Shown piece by piece: positions 11,880 through 25,071 of a DNA stretch of 64,000 nucleotides. A model generated the notes under the pieces. It was given only the letters and a program-made list of their open reading frames with translations. It was not told the DNA's origin and searched no databases. The position numbers were made by a program, and so were the translations under genes. Position 1 is the stretch's first letter; each line of letters opens with the position of its first letter. Source of the stretch: Squalus acanthias (Eukaryota); assembly GCA_030390025.1 (NCBI GenBank), contig CM059437.1, positions 94,054,001-94,118,000 of the forward strand. The letters run 5' to 3'.

Positions 11880-12808
11880 TCAGGCTGTGGGATGTGGGTG
11901 ATGCTGGCAAGGTTGCATTTCTTGTCCATCCCTAGTTGCCCTGAGAAGACCTTCTAATGAGATGGTACTGGTGGACCTTCTGCTTTGTAGCAATCGTTCA
12001 CACAACTGAGTGGACTGCAAGGCCACTTTATTAAGAGACAACCACATATTGTGGAACGGGGTCACGTGCAGGCCAAATCGGGTAGGATAGGAGATTCCTT
12101 TTCCTGAAGGATATTAGTGAACCAATTGGGTTTTTACGACAATCCACTTATCTGAGGTTAGGCCATAAATTACCAAATTTATTCAATACAATTTCACAAC
12201 TTTTCACCCAGAGGGTGGTGGGGGTCTGGAACTCACTGCCTGAAGAGGGTTTCTGCCTCTACCACCCTATCACATTTAAAAAGTAAAGTAAACTCTTTCT
12301 TATCCGGCACCTATGGGACCAGGATGGTGCTGGTTGATGAAAAATTCGGGATAACAGAGAGGTATACCTAACCAAGGCAATTTTTAACACACACAAAAAT
12401 AAAAAAATCAAGAAATGTACTGTATAATTGGGTACTCACCTACAGAATGTTCCGTTAAATGTATGGTAGAATCGGCAAGATTACCGGTTATTGAGGTGTT
12501 GTTTTGTCTTGAGATATATCTATTTTGCCGGTTATTAAAGTATTCCGGATGATAAAGTGCCGTTTAAACAAGAGTTTACTGTACTTGGATATGCACCTGA
12601 AGTGCCATAACCTACAGGGCTACGGACCAAGAACTAGAAATTGGGATTAGGCTGGATAGCTCTTTTTCGACCGGCAGAGACACGATGGGCCGAATGGCCT
12701 CCTTCTGTGCCGTAAACTTCTATGATTCTATTACTTGCCATGGTGAGAGTTGCACTTACAACCTCTGGGTTACTAGTTTAGTACCACAACTATCGCCACT
12801 ACTGTACC
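11880..12808 (-). mobile_element. tRNA-headed SINE (11880-12201 + 12733-12808) interrupted by a CR1 fragment (12202-12732, +)
   Basis: The two halves join into the same element seen at 17680-18090 and 51405-51645; the CR1 piece has FTQRVVGVWNSLP and a TATGATTCTA tail. Confidence 0.75.
12286..12581. mobile_element. Tc1/mariner-pogo (Tigger-like) MITE, 296 bp
   Basis: Imperfect ~25-bp TIRs (aAGTAAACTCTTtcTTAtcCGGCAC / CAGTAAACTCTTgtTTAaaCGGCAC) and a TA duplication (12284-85, 12582-83) that splits the CR1 sequence AAAAGTA|CTTGGATATGCAC. Confidence 0.85.
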
Positions 12809-13127
12809 CTACGACCAGGCCACTGTGGAAAGCTGCCTGGTAACTAGCATAAGGGCAGCATGGGTGGCACGTTACTCACTCTTTCCGCTGTAGGTAGTAT
12901 GGCAACATCACAAAGTAAAAGTTAACAAAGCAATAAAAACAGTGAATTGAGATTCCAGTAAGGATAAGGTGGCTCTCTGGATGGACTAGTAGGTAAAGGA
13001 AATGTAGGACTAAGCCACAGGGATCAGAATGTCCTCGGATCAATTCTCAGCGTGTGCTGATTTTGCTCATCATCGCAGGGCAAGAGGTAGGAAGTTATAA
13101 TTGGCCTTAGCACTACAGAGCTTTGGT

Positions 13128-13159
<32 letters not shown>

Positions 13160-15812
13160 GAAAGAGAGGAGGAGGAGAGAGCGATTAATAGCAAATCAGC
13201 CAGGGCTCCGATCCTGGATTATTATCCATTGACACATATGGACATCAAGTGAGGAGAAGGTGAATTCAGCTCATGGAAATTTAGCTGACTACGCTCGCAG
13301 AGCAAGATAGGCTACTTGGGCAAGCAGTCACCTGTACAACCAAATCCCAGTAAAAATAAATGGGGAGCCAGGGTCACTGCAGCAAAACGTGTAATGCAGC
13401 AGGAACTGGCCTGCTGGAAGTGATGGGGTACATACAGCACCTCTGCCCATATCTAGGTGGGCAGATTGAAACGTCATGCCAATGGCACGTCACCTGTTTA
13501 TCCTTGGTGTTCAGTGATGCTATCGGCTGCGGGGGACTGTTAAAATTTAATAGGCTAAAAAGTCCAATCAATCAATCGCATAGGCTTAAGTGCCAAGTTA
13601 TATTTTTTCTTTACAAACCAGCAGCACAGTGGCTGCCCAGCCACGCTACCCCCACCCCTCCACTTGGCAATCCTTAAAGCCCTACACAGCCAACCTCCCA
13701 ACATGATGTTAGGCTGAACAACTGGCTGCGATTGGGGCACCTCCTTGTGGTGTGGACAAATGCCACCGTCCCACACATTCGCCAACTCAACGGCTAAGCT
13801 GAAGATCCAGGCTAATGAGTTTGACAGGAGGGGAGAAAACTGGGAATTTTCTCTGACTGGTACATTAAACAGGTAACCCACTGCACTATACACAGCCTAC
13901 AATCACCAATGCATGCTGAACTTGGTATAGGAAATAAATTCAATCTTTATCCACAATTCCAGCAAGCAGGAATTGATAGTGACGGCAAAATCCAAAGGAT
14001 TCTGAATCTCTCAATTACCATACACAGGAAATATCGATACATCGAATCTGGATACAAAGCATTTTCATTAATACCAACATTGAACTCACATTTGCATAGA
14101 TACACAAACAAGAAACGTAAAGCTGGAGCGCAGTGCAGAAGAACTGATAAAGGCAGCAGGTTTTAAGAGCAGCAGCATAAAATGGTAGACAATGTTGGGG
14201 GGGAGGGGGGGGGATTTGTGCTTATTGCCCACTTACATTCAAAAAACTAAAACAAACCACATACAGGTTTCTGTTGGAATTCTCTGCTCCATCCCTCACC
14301 CCTCTATTTCCTTCAACTGAATATGGATGGCGGGGTAGGAACGTTTGCACAGCTCCCATCGACACCGTCCCCCATAATCTAAAGAGGTAAAGAAAGTGAC
14401 CCCTGCAGGCTGAGGCTGCTCTTGAAGCCTATTCTCTTCCCCAATACCATGACGAAACATTAGGTGGCAGCGACGAGTTCTATCCAAGCCTGCACGAACT
14501 GGAAAAGCTTACAGGAGGCTGAATAACAATGGGGGGGGGGGGGGGGGGGAGGGAAGAGAAGGTAAACACAATTTTCTATAAATGTACAAGTTTTGTAAAA
14601 GTAACAAGGGTCTGTATGGGTGAACACCCCTAAATCTGCAGTGCCATAACTAATTTGGTATGCTACTTTGTCACCATTTTTAAGAATGCGGGTAAGTTAC
14701 ACGGCAAACAACCGGAGGAGAGCGGATTTCCCAGTCTATTCTCCGAGATTTATTTTTTAAGTTAGATTAATGCCGGTTTTATTAAACTGCAGTTTTATTT
14801 GCTCACCTCACTTTATTAACTCTTGTTACTTAAAAAATCTGCAGAGTGAAGAGATACAGGAGGGGGGGGATCAGTGCCCAAAACGGGTGTACAGCAACTG
14901 GGCAGCTGTGCAAAAAAAAACGACTCTGGAAAATGAGAGATAATTTATATTTTGGTGCATGTCATTACACAGTTAAGGGAGCACAATTAACATGTACCAG
15001 CAAAAAGACATGCACGACTGTAGAGCAAAAGTTGAAAGTGGCATCAGACTGCATCATGGCAACCGTCACAACAAACAAACACAAACTCCAACCGGTCTAA
15101 AAATCCTGCCGCCTACATGTCTGCATTAAACTCCACTTGACCCTTACTTCACTAACCTTTAGCTCCCTGTCGTACAACAGATTTAAATCTAAAACTCACT
15201 TGCAAATCCCTCTATGGCTTCATGCCGCCCTACCTCTGCAACCTCCTCCAGCCCTACGTCCCAGTCTGTGCTCTGCGGGTCACCAATTCCAGCCTCCTCT
15301 GCATTCTGCTTCCAAACCTGCTCTTAGTGGGGCAGGGAGTGGGGAAATAAGTTTTTTGGGGGGCGAGGGGAAAGAGGAGACACGGTAATAGTTTGCAAAA
15401 ATCATGAATGGAGATTGACCTGGACAAATTATTTGTACTGAAACAGAAAAGAACCTAGCGACATGTTGCTGATAAGTTCCAGTTTAAAATGTAAACTACA
15501 TCACTCCTAACTTATCCACTGCGCTACCAACCAGCAAGTTCAGATCCAAAAAGGATGGGCCCCTTATTCTTGCAGATATCAGTTGATATCTGTAAACTTC
15601 ATTTTTTGGCCATTGGAATAGAAGAGCTTTTCATCTCCCAATTTTTTCTTAAAAAAAGACATTCTCTATGGTAGCACATGCACAGAAAAAGACAGCACAT
15701 GGAGTTGCCAGCTGGATCGTTAAAGCTTAAAAAGCAAGCCAATTTTGGCAAAGAGGAAAATTCAAAAAGAGGAAGGACGGTGGAAGAGCCACCGCTGTAA
15801 ATAAATGCTTAC

Positions 15813-16202
15813 ACAAATCGGTTTCTTGCATAGGAAGACTTAGAATGAGCGACTGCAAAGCTTCACTTTTTAGAACAAGTATCTCAGAGTTAGCTTCCTG
15901 AGACGTCTTTAAGTTGCCATGGAAACCATCCACACCTGGGGAAGGCTTTTTGCTCTCATCTGATCTGCACTTTGGTGGCTGACTTTCTGGTGAGTTCGAG
16001 ACAGCCTGGGGAATGCCAGAAGGCCCAGTGGACCTGTAAAGGGACTTAGATCCATTCTGACAACCGTCTCCTTCACCGCCAGCACCTTTAACACTGGAAG
16101 CACACTGCTGCTGGATGTGGCCCTCATGTTTGCCTGAGACACTGCTGGCGTCCATAGCTGTTCCACTGTTTGGCACTTTATCAGTACTGTTCACATAGGC
16201 AC
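15813..16202 (-). CDS. GOLGA3: GOLGA3 coding exon (GAYVNS...SPGVDGFHGNLKTSQ...EALQSLILSLPMQETDLC)
   Basis: Acceptor ttcatttttcatag, donor T|GTAAGC, 390 nt, phase 1 to 1; its C-terminal part matches human golgin-160 as recalled (SPGVAGFHDNLRKSQ...EALQSLRLSLPMQETQLC). Confidence 0.92.
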
Positions 16203-17679
16203 CTATGAAAAATGAAGCACAGTTAGCAACCAATACCACCCTATTCTACCACTTACTCTTTGACACTAGCTGAAAAGCAAAGTCCTAATCTTATTTTTCT
16301 CATCAGTCTTCTAACTGTTAGCAAGCTTATGGCATTTTTTTTTAAGCATTCCATCACTTTGGCATTCTAGATTGAGCAATGCAATGAGGGGGGGTGAGGA
16401 AGAAAACTGACAGAAAACAGGAAGGAAGAAAAATGATGACAACTGAAATAAGTGAAACACAAATTTTCTTTCAGCTCATTGAACCCATCGGCCCAAATTC
16501 AGATTTTTTTTTTGTTTCAACAAGGATTGAAAACCAAAAAATACTTTTACTCATTACAAATATAACCTTAAAAAAGGAGGGCAAAGTCTTGGAATAAATT
16601 CTTTTGTTTTGTTTTGAAATGCTCGTCTGGCGCACACTGGAAGGAAAGTTTCAGAGCATAAAAACATAGCTTGGTGCCACAAGTTGGAGGTTTTCCAACG
16701 TACAGCTATTTTTAGGGTGGTTCTACATTTTCTCCCCGAGAATTCTCTCCTCTATTCAACTTCCTTTTAGCTCGTAGTGTAGACAAACAAGCCAATGACT
16801 TATTGTTGACTTTCAGTGCCAGCACCACTCTCAACTTATCTTCTTATAAAAAAAATAAACTACATACTGTGGTGTTGTCAGGGTGAGGGACCAGGCTACG
16901 CTCGCCCAGAATTAGGAACTGGTAATTAATCACAAACTGGGAGCACAAATGTTACCATTCTCCTTTGAGAAGCACCACTGACATTCCAAAAGTCACAATA
17001 AGGCTCTTTAAAGTTTGTTCCTACAAAGAGAGGGTTTTGAAAATAACACATCATCTCCATTAGTTTGTTGGGCTGGGCTTCTGCCCGTACCCATTCAGCA
17101 CTGAAACTTAAATGTTAAGGACATTTTGGCAATTTTATTTTAATCAATGACCATTTTTTGATGAATATTTGTTCCCTTTCCTCTCTTTTCCACCCCCCCC
17201 ACACCCGACCCACAAACACTTCTGCTTTTCCCAGACCATGCACCAATCGTGAGCAAGGGACAGCTATCCTTTCCAAGGCCAATACATATGCTGCTCAAAC
17301 TGGCACACAGATGTGAAACAGAAGCCTGATTATGGGCCCCTCTTTAATTTTCTCCCCCACCCCCCCTCCATTGAAAGGTACCCAAGCTTTGATCAGTGCT
17401 TTCCCACAATGGAACAACCATGGTCAGCAGTAGGAGAAACATGCAGGCGTGAATCCACCATTCACTGCAGTACAATGTGTTACAGTTCCAGAGTCCAAGG
17501 GCTACTATGAATATCATTCCACAACCAGCCAACAGGAGGTAGTCTTCTGCAAGATTAGACTAGTCTTACTAGATTTCTCGCTCTTCCAACTCTTTCTTTC
17601 TCCCTTCTCCTAAAATGGCCCCTTCCAACGTGTCAGCTGTACAGTCGGCCTAAGCTCCAATTTGATTTTGGTTCATCTC

Positions 17680-18090
17680 GGGATTTGAGCATCATGGGCA
17701 AGGCCAGCATTTACTGCACATCTTTAGTTACCCTGAGGCAGTGGTGGTGTGCCATCCTCTTGAACCGTTGCAATCTTTGTATTGGTTTGATACAACCGAG
17801 TGTCTTCTAGGCCACTTCAGAGGGCAGTTAAGAGTGAGCCACGTTGGAGTGCGACTAGAATCACATATAGGCCCAGACCGGGTAAGGACGGCAGGTTTCC
17901 TTCTCTGAAGGACATTAGTGAACCAGTTGGGATTTACGACAATCCAAAAGCTTCATGGTCACTGTTACTGACACCAGCTTTTTATTTCCAGATTTGTTTA
18001 TTTACACTGAATTCAAATTCTCAAACTGCCATGGTGGGAGATGAATTCGAGTTCTCCAGATTACTGGTCCAGTAACATTACACTAAAGTA
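17680..18090 (-). mobile_element. tRNA-headed SINE sharing head and tail with the 25072-27930 LINE
   Basis: Shared blocks GGTTCACTAATGTCCTT..GGTCTGG.CCTATATGTGA and tail ..ATAAATGCTGGCCTTGCC. Confidence 0.75.
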
Positions 18091-19494
18091 TCCCCACTCA
18101 CAACGAGGGAGTTAAACTGACCAAAGGGAGACCAGAACTCAATCCTCTGACTGCGCATCCAATCTTATACCACTAGAAAATTCTGTCCCTCTTCAGTCTG
18201 CAATCTATTGATTTATTGTGGACAAGAAAAATGCCACTAGGAAAATCAGTCCACTTTTTCTGTCAACCACAATTTTAGTTTCTTAAACTTCTGGACACTC
18301 CTTGCTACAATTTTTCCTTGTACATTTTCTGCTCAGACAAGCAGAAACCATCCAGCACATTAAGTACACCCATTAACAACGGTACATTAAAGCGAGCGGG
18401 ACTAGTACTTGATCATAATGAAACTAATTTGACGCGGCCTCACACTGTACATGCAGTTGTCACACATGACAGCGAGGTGAACAGAACTGTTCATTACTCA
18501 TGCCAAAACACACTCCCTCATTTTCTCTCTCTTCCTTCTCCCCATCCAAACATTCTAGGTACAGTACAATAACAGGGCAACTTCCAGCCAATGACTTTGG
18601 CACTTAATGAATAATGCAGTTAATATTGATCACCCCCACACAGACACACCCCCACACAGATACTAAACTAAAACTGAGACACATACAAAGCAATGATTAG
18701 TAAAAAATAAATTAGTGTTTCCAAGGAGAATGAAATTGGCCAGTAGATCAATTTCGTACATCTACACAACAACTTTAATGCACAATGATTGTGTTAAAGG
18801 AATACTTTGTCAGGTTTACAGTTATTGCATTTCAGAATTTTACCCTGTTACCTGGAATTTCTCAAGATGAAAAAAAATTAAGTTTATATCTGAACCAATC
18901 TTGCATATTTTACTTTGATATCTAAAACAGCCATTCTAAGCAACAGAAACAATGCAGCGATTGCCGGGGAAAGACAACTTAATTTGTCAAAAATAATGAG
19001 ATGCGGGGGAAGAATAACAGGAAATCACAGGCACCTATGGCACAAAGCATCAGCAAAACCTGGTGCTGTATTACACTGGGCTGCTCACATTTTTCATGAG
19101 ATCCACCAAGAGCACAAGTTACTTTACGACAATACTGGGGACCAAGGATAAAGCTCCAACTGTTGCATTAGTACAAAGCAGTCTTGCTTCACACAAACAC
19201 TAAATTTGTATAATTGATCCAGAGTCAGGGCCCCACACTATATTTACTTTCCATAATATGCTTATCTGAAAGATATACGGATTTTTTTCTGCCTACAAGC
19301 GGTTTCCCTCCTTTACCAATCTTTACAGATACTTAGTTTGCCCGGTTTTGTAAAAAAAAGGCTTCGAGTATATCTACATCTATCTATATTTTTAACGGCA
19401 AACTTTGCAATTTTACTCCGTGGATAATCCCCATTACATGCAATCTTTACAAGTTGCATACGTCACAAAGGAAATGTTTCTCTGGTTTCTTGCT

Positions 19495-19905
19495 TTGGTG
19501 GTCTAGTGGTTATGGCAATGGTCCAGCAACCCAGAGGTTAGGAGGTCAAAACCCAACAGGGTAAGTTGTAAAACCAAATTCAAAAATCTGGTAATTCTTG
19601 GCCTGACACCAGAGAAATAACCGTGAAAGCTTCCAGATTGTTATAAAAACCCAAATGGCTCACTAACGTCCTTCAGGGAAGGGAGCCTGCCACCCCCCTA
19701 CTTATGAGTCCAGTGACACAAATTATGGTTGACCCATAACACCATTTGAAGCAACCGAGGAAGCTGTGAACAATCATGGCGAAGGATTTACCGCATGGAC
19801 TGCGACAGTTCAAGCCAGCCCATCACCACCACCTTCTCTGAGCAACGAGGGATGGGCAATTAATGCAGCCATGCCAGTGTCACCTACATCTACCGAACAA
19901 GTAAA
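19495..19905 (+). mobile_element. tRNA-headed SINE, diverged copy of the same family
   Basis: TGGTCTAGTGG A-box-like start, AAAAACCC..GGCTCACTAACGTCCTTCAGGGAAGG body, GGGATGGGCAATTAATGC tail. Confidence 0.7.
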
Positions 19906-20044
19906 AAAAATCATTTTTTTCCCCTGTTGAATCATTTTCATGCACTAATTTCAGAGAAAATCTGTATGTCATTTAAAGTAGCAACTAGGGATGGGCAATA
20001 AATGCTGGCCTTGCCAGCGACACCAACATCCCACGAACGAATAA

Positions 20045-20459
20045 AAAAGACTTGCATTTCTGTAGCACCTTTCACGACCTCAAGGATGTCCCAAAGCGCA
20101 TTACAGCCAATGAAGCACTTCCGAAGTGTAGTCACTGTTGCAATGTAGGAAACATGGCAGCCAACTTGCACACAGCAAGCTCCCACAAACAGCAATGACC
20201 AGATAATCTGGGATTTTTAAAAAAAATTTTTAATAAAGTGATGTTGGTTGAGGGATAAATATTGGCCAGAACGCCAGGGAGAATTCCCCTGTTGTTCTCT
20301 GAAATAGTGCCACGGGTTCTTTTACGTCTACCCGAGAGGGAAGACAGGGCCTTGGTTTAACAGCTCATCCGAAAGTCGGCATCTCGGACAATGCAGCACT
20401 TCCTCAGCACTGCACTGGAGTGTCAGCCTCGATACTGTGCTCAAGTCTCTGGAGTGGGG
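20045..20459 (-). mobile_element. DeuSINE (SacSINE1/AmnSINE1-like) copy
   Basis: Deu-domain-like body (GATGCCGACTTTCGGATGAG..TTAAACC) and L2-type tail. Confidence 0.85.
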
Positions 20460-21999
20460 CATCATTTATACATAAAGGTAGCTGCATTTGTTCACCTTTA
20501 GGGCAGTTAACAGTTAGGACGATGAATCATCAATCTGACAACACCCTTTGGTTCTGGTCAAACCCATGCAGATGACTGAACCACACCAAAATAAAAACTC
20601 AGCAGATTATTGATTATATAATCAGCACCATCCCCACCCCCAGCCAGTGCTCTGTGATTCCACAGCCATGGAAAACACCACAGAATGTTTTGCATTCCAG
20701 GTGCTAGGGTGGGGAAACGGCATCTGCTGTGGCTGTGACTGGCTCCGAGAGCAGCCACAATTTCACCAGTGCAGTCTGCAACGCAGCGAGTGGGAGGTGA
20801 ACACAAAGGGACAGCAATGGTTTGAGGTACAAGATTTTCAGGTCCGATTACCCATCACAATTTGCATAAAGCTGTATGTGAAGACATTTCTTATCTGCAA
20901 TCTTTCGCTCCACACTTTTCAAACTAGGTCATTTCAATCATGTCATATATTAGCTTTCTGACAATCTGCAAGGAGCAAGTGCGGAGGAGATTTTAGAGTT
21001 TGCAAATGTTTTGCCCATTTCTTCAAAATTCTTTGGTGTTTTCTGAAATAGTGCTGATGCCGTGACGATTACTGTACTTTTTTGTCCTTATTTTTATTTG
21101 TCCTATTTTTTTCACATGGTTATTACCCCATTAAAAAAAGTGCCCCCATTCCTCTTTAGACATCAGTGCACTGCTGCCATTTCTCTGCGGATAGGCTCCC
21201 GACCCCCGTCCCGCGACCCCGTGCCACCACCCATTCCCCGGCAGGCGTGTAAATTCTGTGTGCATATCCACCCAGGGTTGGGCTGTCAAATGTCAATTGC
21301 CACAAAATTCGATTGGACCTGCTGCAGAAACTGGCCTCGAGGTGCTCCAGAATTCCATGGGCGTACTTATATCGCAGTCATCACTGGGAATGGCTTTTAT
21401 TTTCAACCAAGGTCATTCTGGGAAGGCTTAAAAAAAACCCGCAGGTACTGCAAATTCAAATGTACTGTCCATCAACCAAGATCCTTTACCCTGCACAGAT
21501 TTTCGGTAAATTTTAAAATCAATCTTGAATTTTAATTCCTCCTCCCCCCCCCCCCCCGAAATGAAGCTCTGAAGAATTGGGCTAATGCAGCGATTTTACC
21601 GAAAACTTATTGCTAATAAATAAAGAAAAGTTAAAAGGAGGGAACTCCACCATCAAACAACCTTTAAAAGTCAAAGTCTCAAATAGTGGCATAGCATGTT
21701 GGAGTTTATTGAAGTGGAAGGGAATATTGTCTCCAGGCCATTCTTGAGACTCCCAGCAGTTAGCTCGCGAGTAACACTGGTCTCGACATTTAGGAAGCCG
21801 CCTACCCTGCCACAGGAGCAGCACGACTCATTCTGACCAGAATGGAGACACAAATCAGAGGGCAACATACCCTTAAAAAAAAAAATGAACTGCATTACCC
21901 TTACAACAACATGCATTTATACAACATCTTTAATGTAACAAATGTCTCACGGCTCATCGCAGAAAGCCACAAGGAAAATGGACACGGAGCCAGGATGAG

Positions 22000-23200
22000 A
22001 ACTTAGGAGCGGTGACCAAAAGCTTGGTCAAAGAAAATTTTTTAAGCAGATTTATATATTTATTAAAAAAAGAGGCGGAGGAGAGGCGAAAAAGGTTTAA
22101 ACAGGAAACTCCACAGAGTTGATGGGCCAAATGAAGGGGAGATGCACAGAAGGCCAGAGAGAAAATTGCCGAGATAGGAAGGAGTGAGGCCATGGAGGGT
22201 TTTTAGGGAAAAGGATGTTAAATTCAATGCATTGGGGAACAGGGAGCCACTTTAGGTCAGCAAGGACGGTGGGGGGCGTGCAGGACAGGATACATCCAAT
22301 GGAGATTTGGACAAGTTGGAGAGTGAAGGATGCGAGACCAAAGAGAAAAAGAAAAGAACTTGCATTTCGATAGCGCCTTTCACAACCTCAGGACGTCCCA
22401 AAGCACTTCCCAGCCAATGAAGTACTTTTGAAGTGTAGTCACTGTTGTAATGTAGGAAACACAGCAGCCAATTTGCGCACAGCAAGCTCCCACAAACAGC
22501 AATGTATTAATGACCAAATAATCTGTTTTAGTGATGTTGATTGAGGGATAAATATTGACACCAGGAATAACTCCCCTGCTGCTCTTTGATCTAGTGCCTT
22601 GGGATATTTTATGTCCACCTGAGAGGGCAGACGGGGCCCCGGTTTAACGTCTCATCTTAAAGACCAGCAAGAACAGAAGTGGAGCAGTCGAGTCCAGAGG
22701 TGACAACGGCAAGTACAAAGGCTGAAGTTGGGGCAAAGGTGAATAAAGTTGAAGAGGTGGAAGTGGTCTGTGTGATGGAAAGGATACGGGATCCGAAACT
22801 CAGCTCATGGTTGAGCAGGATACGAAGATTATAAACAGTTTAGCCTAAGATAGTGGTTGGAGACACAGCGAGGGAGCAGAGTTTGTGGCAGGGGTGCTGA
22901 AGATTACGGCTTTGGTCTTCCCAATGTTTAACTGGAGGAATTTATGACTCATTCACAATAGGATGTTGGACAAACAGTCTGACAGCAGAGGTAGTGCAGG
23001 AGTCTAAAGAAGTGGTGGAGCGGTAGAGCTCAATGTCACTAGCGTGCACGCAAAGCTGACTCTGTGCCTGTGGGTAATGTCACTGAGGGGCAGGATGTGG
23101 ATGAGGAAGGGGAGGAGGGTGGGAAGCCAAGGATCTTTGAGGGACTTTGGAGGTGAAGGGAAAGGAAGAGAAGATATCACTGGGTCACTGCCTATGCTCA
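22000..23200 (-). mobile_element. Old L2 LINE remnants with an inserted DeuSINE (~22350-22660)
   Basis: Degenerate L2 ORF2 similar to 53298-53550 and 42575-43300; DeuSINE body and tail. Confidence 0.65.
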
Positions 23201-23792
23201 GATAATGCATGGATGTTCCCCTTCAATATTTACTTCAAACAGGGAGTGCTCATAACATCACGATCGCCTGTATATAAACTAGCAGTGACATCTGCAGCCC
23301 TGGGTTATTGACTGTATTTCTGACGGTTAATTTCATTTAGTCACATTGTTCGACTCAGTTCATCAGCAGCACTCCCTGTGTAAAGAAGTCACAATATAAT
23401 AATAAATAAAAAGCATGACTCTTTACAATCGGAATTTGAGAGAGTACTGAAATTGAGATACTCCCCTTAGAACTACAACACAATGATTTAACAATGGTTG
23501 TACTTTTCCAGAAAGGAAACAAGCACAATGGAAGAAGCACACACTGAATTTATATACACAAGTACTTTAAAACAAACAGCAACTTCACCTACTCAGAATA
23601 ACAAATGCTGGCACTGGCACCTCCGATTAACAGCTCCTCTCATTAGATGCATCTTTACATTTGTAAACTTAAAATTATAAATATTTTAGTAAATAAATAC
23701 AATTCAAACAAAACAGCCCATGTCAAGCTGCCATGGGAAGTACATTTCTGGAGAGAATTTAACAAAATTACACGTTGGTATGGATTACTCAC

Positions 23793-23928
23793 CGTTTATA
23801 TCGACTCCTGTGCCAGATGACCCAGACATAGCCGCATCGTCGGGAAGCTCTTCTTTGCTCCCAGTGGCTATGCTGTATGTCGAATTAGCCACCAAGACAT
23901 CCTGTGTATGGGACGGGGCTTCCATCAT
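23793..23928 (-). CDS. GOLGA3: GOLGA3 first coding exon (MMEAPSHTQDVLVANST...GVDIN-G); whole exon probably 23793-24164 including 5'UTR
   Basis: ATGATG at 23928/23925 with an in-frame TAA shortly upstream; donor G|GTGAGT after 23793 (phase 1) matches the phase-1 acceptor of the next exon; acceptor tattgtctttccacag before 24164. The N-terminal sequence is divergent, so the call rests on splice logic and position. Confidence 0.75.
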
Positions 23929-24939
23929 TCTACAAACCTGGCAGTAAGCGATAACACTTTACAGGGCTGCTCACGGTAAGCCAAAGGTTGCTTTGTGCCA
24001 TTAAAATGAAATGCGTTCTGCTCAGAGGATAGTTCAAGAGATTGCGTAGAGTCTGAAATGCAGCACCACGATCGGTCAACTGGGAGCTGTAGCATTTGGC
24101 AGATTCCAATGCGTCGAGGAATGAGGCCTTTCCTACACGACCCGTGAGTCAGATATTACAGGCACTGTGGAAAGACAATACATTAATCAGTACTTACAGT
24201 ACGAGGCTGAAAGACATCAGGAATATCATGATCGGCATAAAAATACATAGCAAGGAAATAAAATGCAAGGAAACCCGATTGTAGTCCTGCTGGTGAAACA
24301 GGGAAGGAGAGCACACTGCTGTTGAAAGGTGGAAGATAACACAATGTCTTGTTTTAAACCTCTTCACTGAACGGATTTAGACTGGCGTCGAAATCCCTGC
24401 ATTACAACAGCAACTACACTTCAAAAGTACTTTATTGGCTCTAAAGCACTTCGGGACGCCCCAAGGTCATGACAGGTGCTATATAAATACAAGTCTTTCT
24501 TTCACTACCATAAGCTCAGTTTGTAAAGCAGGGAATAATTGTTATTATAAGCACTGTACTCAGCACTAAGCGGGTCCAATACAGATTAAAGTGGGTTTAA
24601 AATAATTGAATTAACCAGAGTAGCTTCTCGTTCCTCCCTCGATTCCACTAACAAGAATCTAAAAATATCAAACAAAATTCAGCTATGGTGCTATACATGC
24701 ATGTGTTTTGAATGTAACATTTAAATATATTGACCTAAATTAAGTTTGATATCAGCTTGAAAGTATAATTAATACATTGGCAAAGAAAGCTTTAGAAACT
24801 GAGAAAATACTGGCGCAAAACATACTGAACACGCATAACTACGGCAGAAGAATGCAGTCAAGATTTCAACATTTTGATGGTTGCAAATAATTAAAAGCTT
24901 TAAACAGTCATCAGCACCTACACGTGTTGAATAACAACG

Positions 24940-25063
24940 TGTCGGCCGTGGCTCAGATGGTAGCACTCTCGCCTCGGAGTCAGAAGGTTGTCGCTTCAAG
25001 TCCCACTCCACAGACTTGAGCACAAAAATCTAGGCTGACACTCCAGTGCAGTACTGAGGGAGT
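24940..25063 (+). mobile_element. DeuSINE 5' tRNA-derived head (truncated)
   Basis: TGGCTCAGATGG A box, CTTCAAGTCCC B box; same head as 39497 and 45768. Confidence 0.8.
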
Positions 25064-25071
25064 CACCAAGA

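Noticed and set aside
13127-13158. Long poly-G runs (also ~5206, 14533, 29711, 35364) as G-quadruplex elements
   Set aside because: Homopolymer lengths are unreliable and one abuts a gap; no evidence of function.
14300-14489. Possible extra GOLGA3 cassette exon (63-aa ORF with AG/GT ends)
   Set aside because: At 190 nt it breaks the frame, shows no golgin similarity, and the flanking exons already join in phase; at most a poison exon, unsupported without RNA data.
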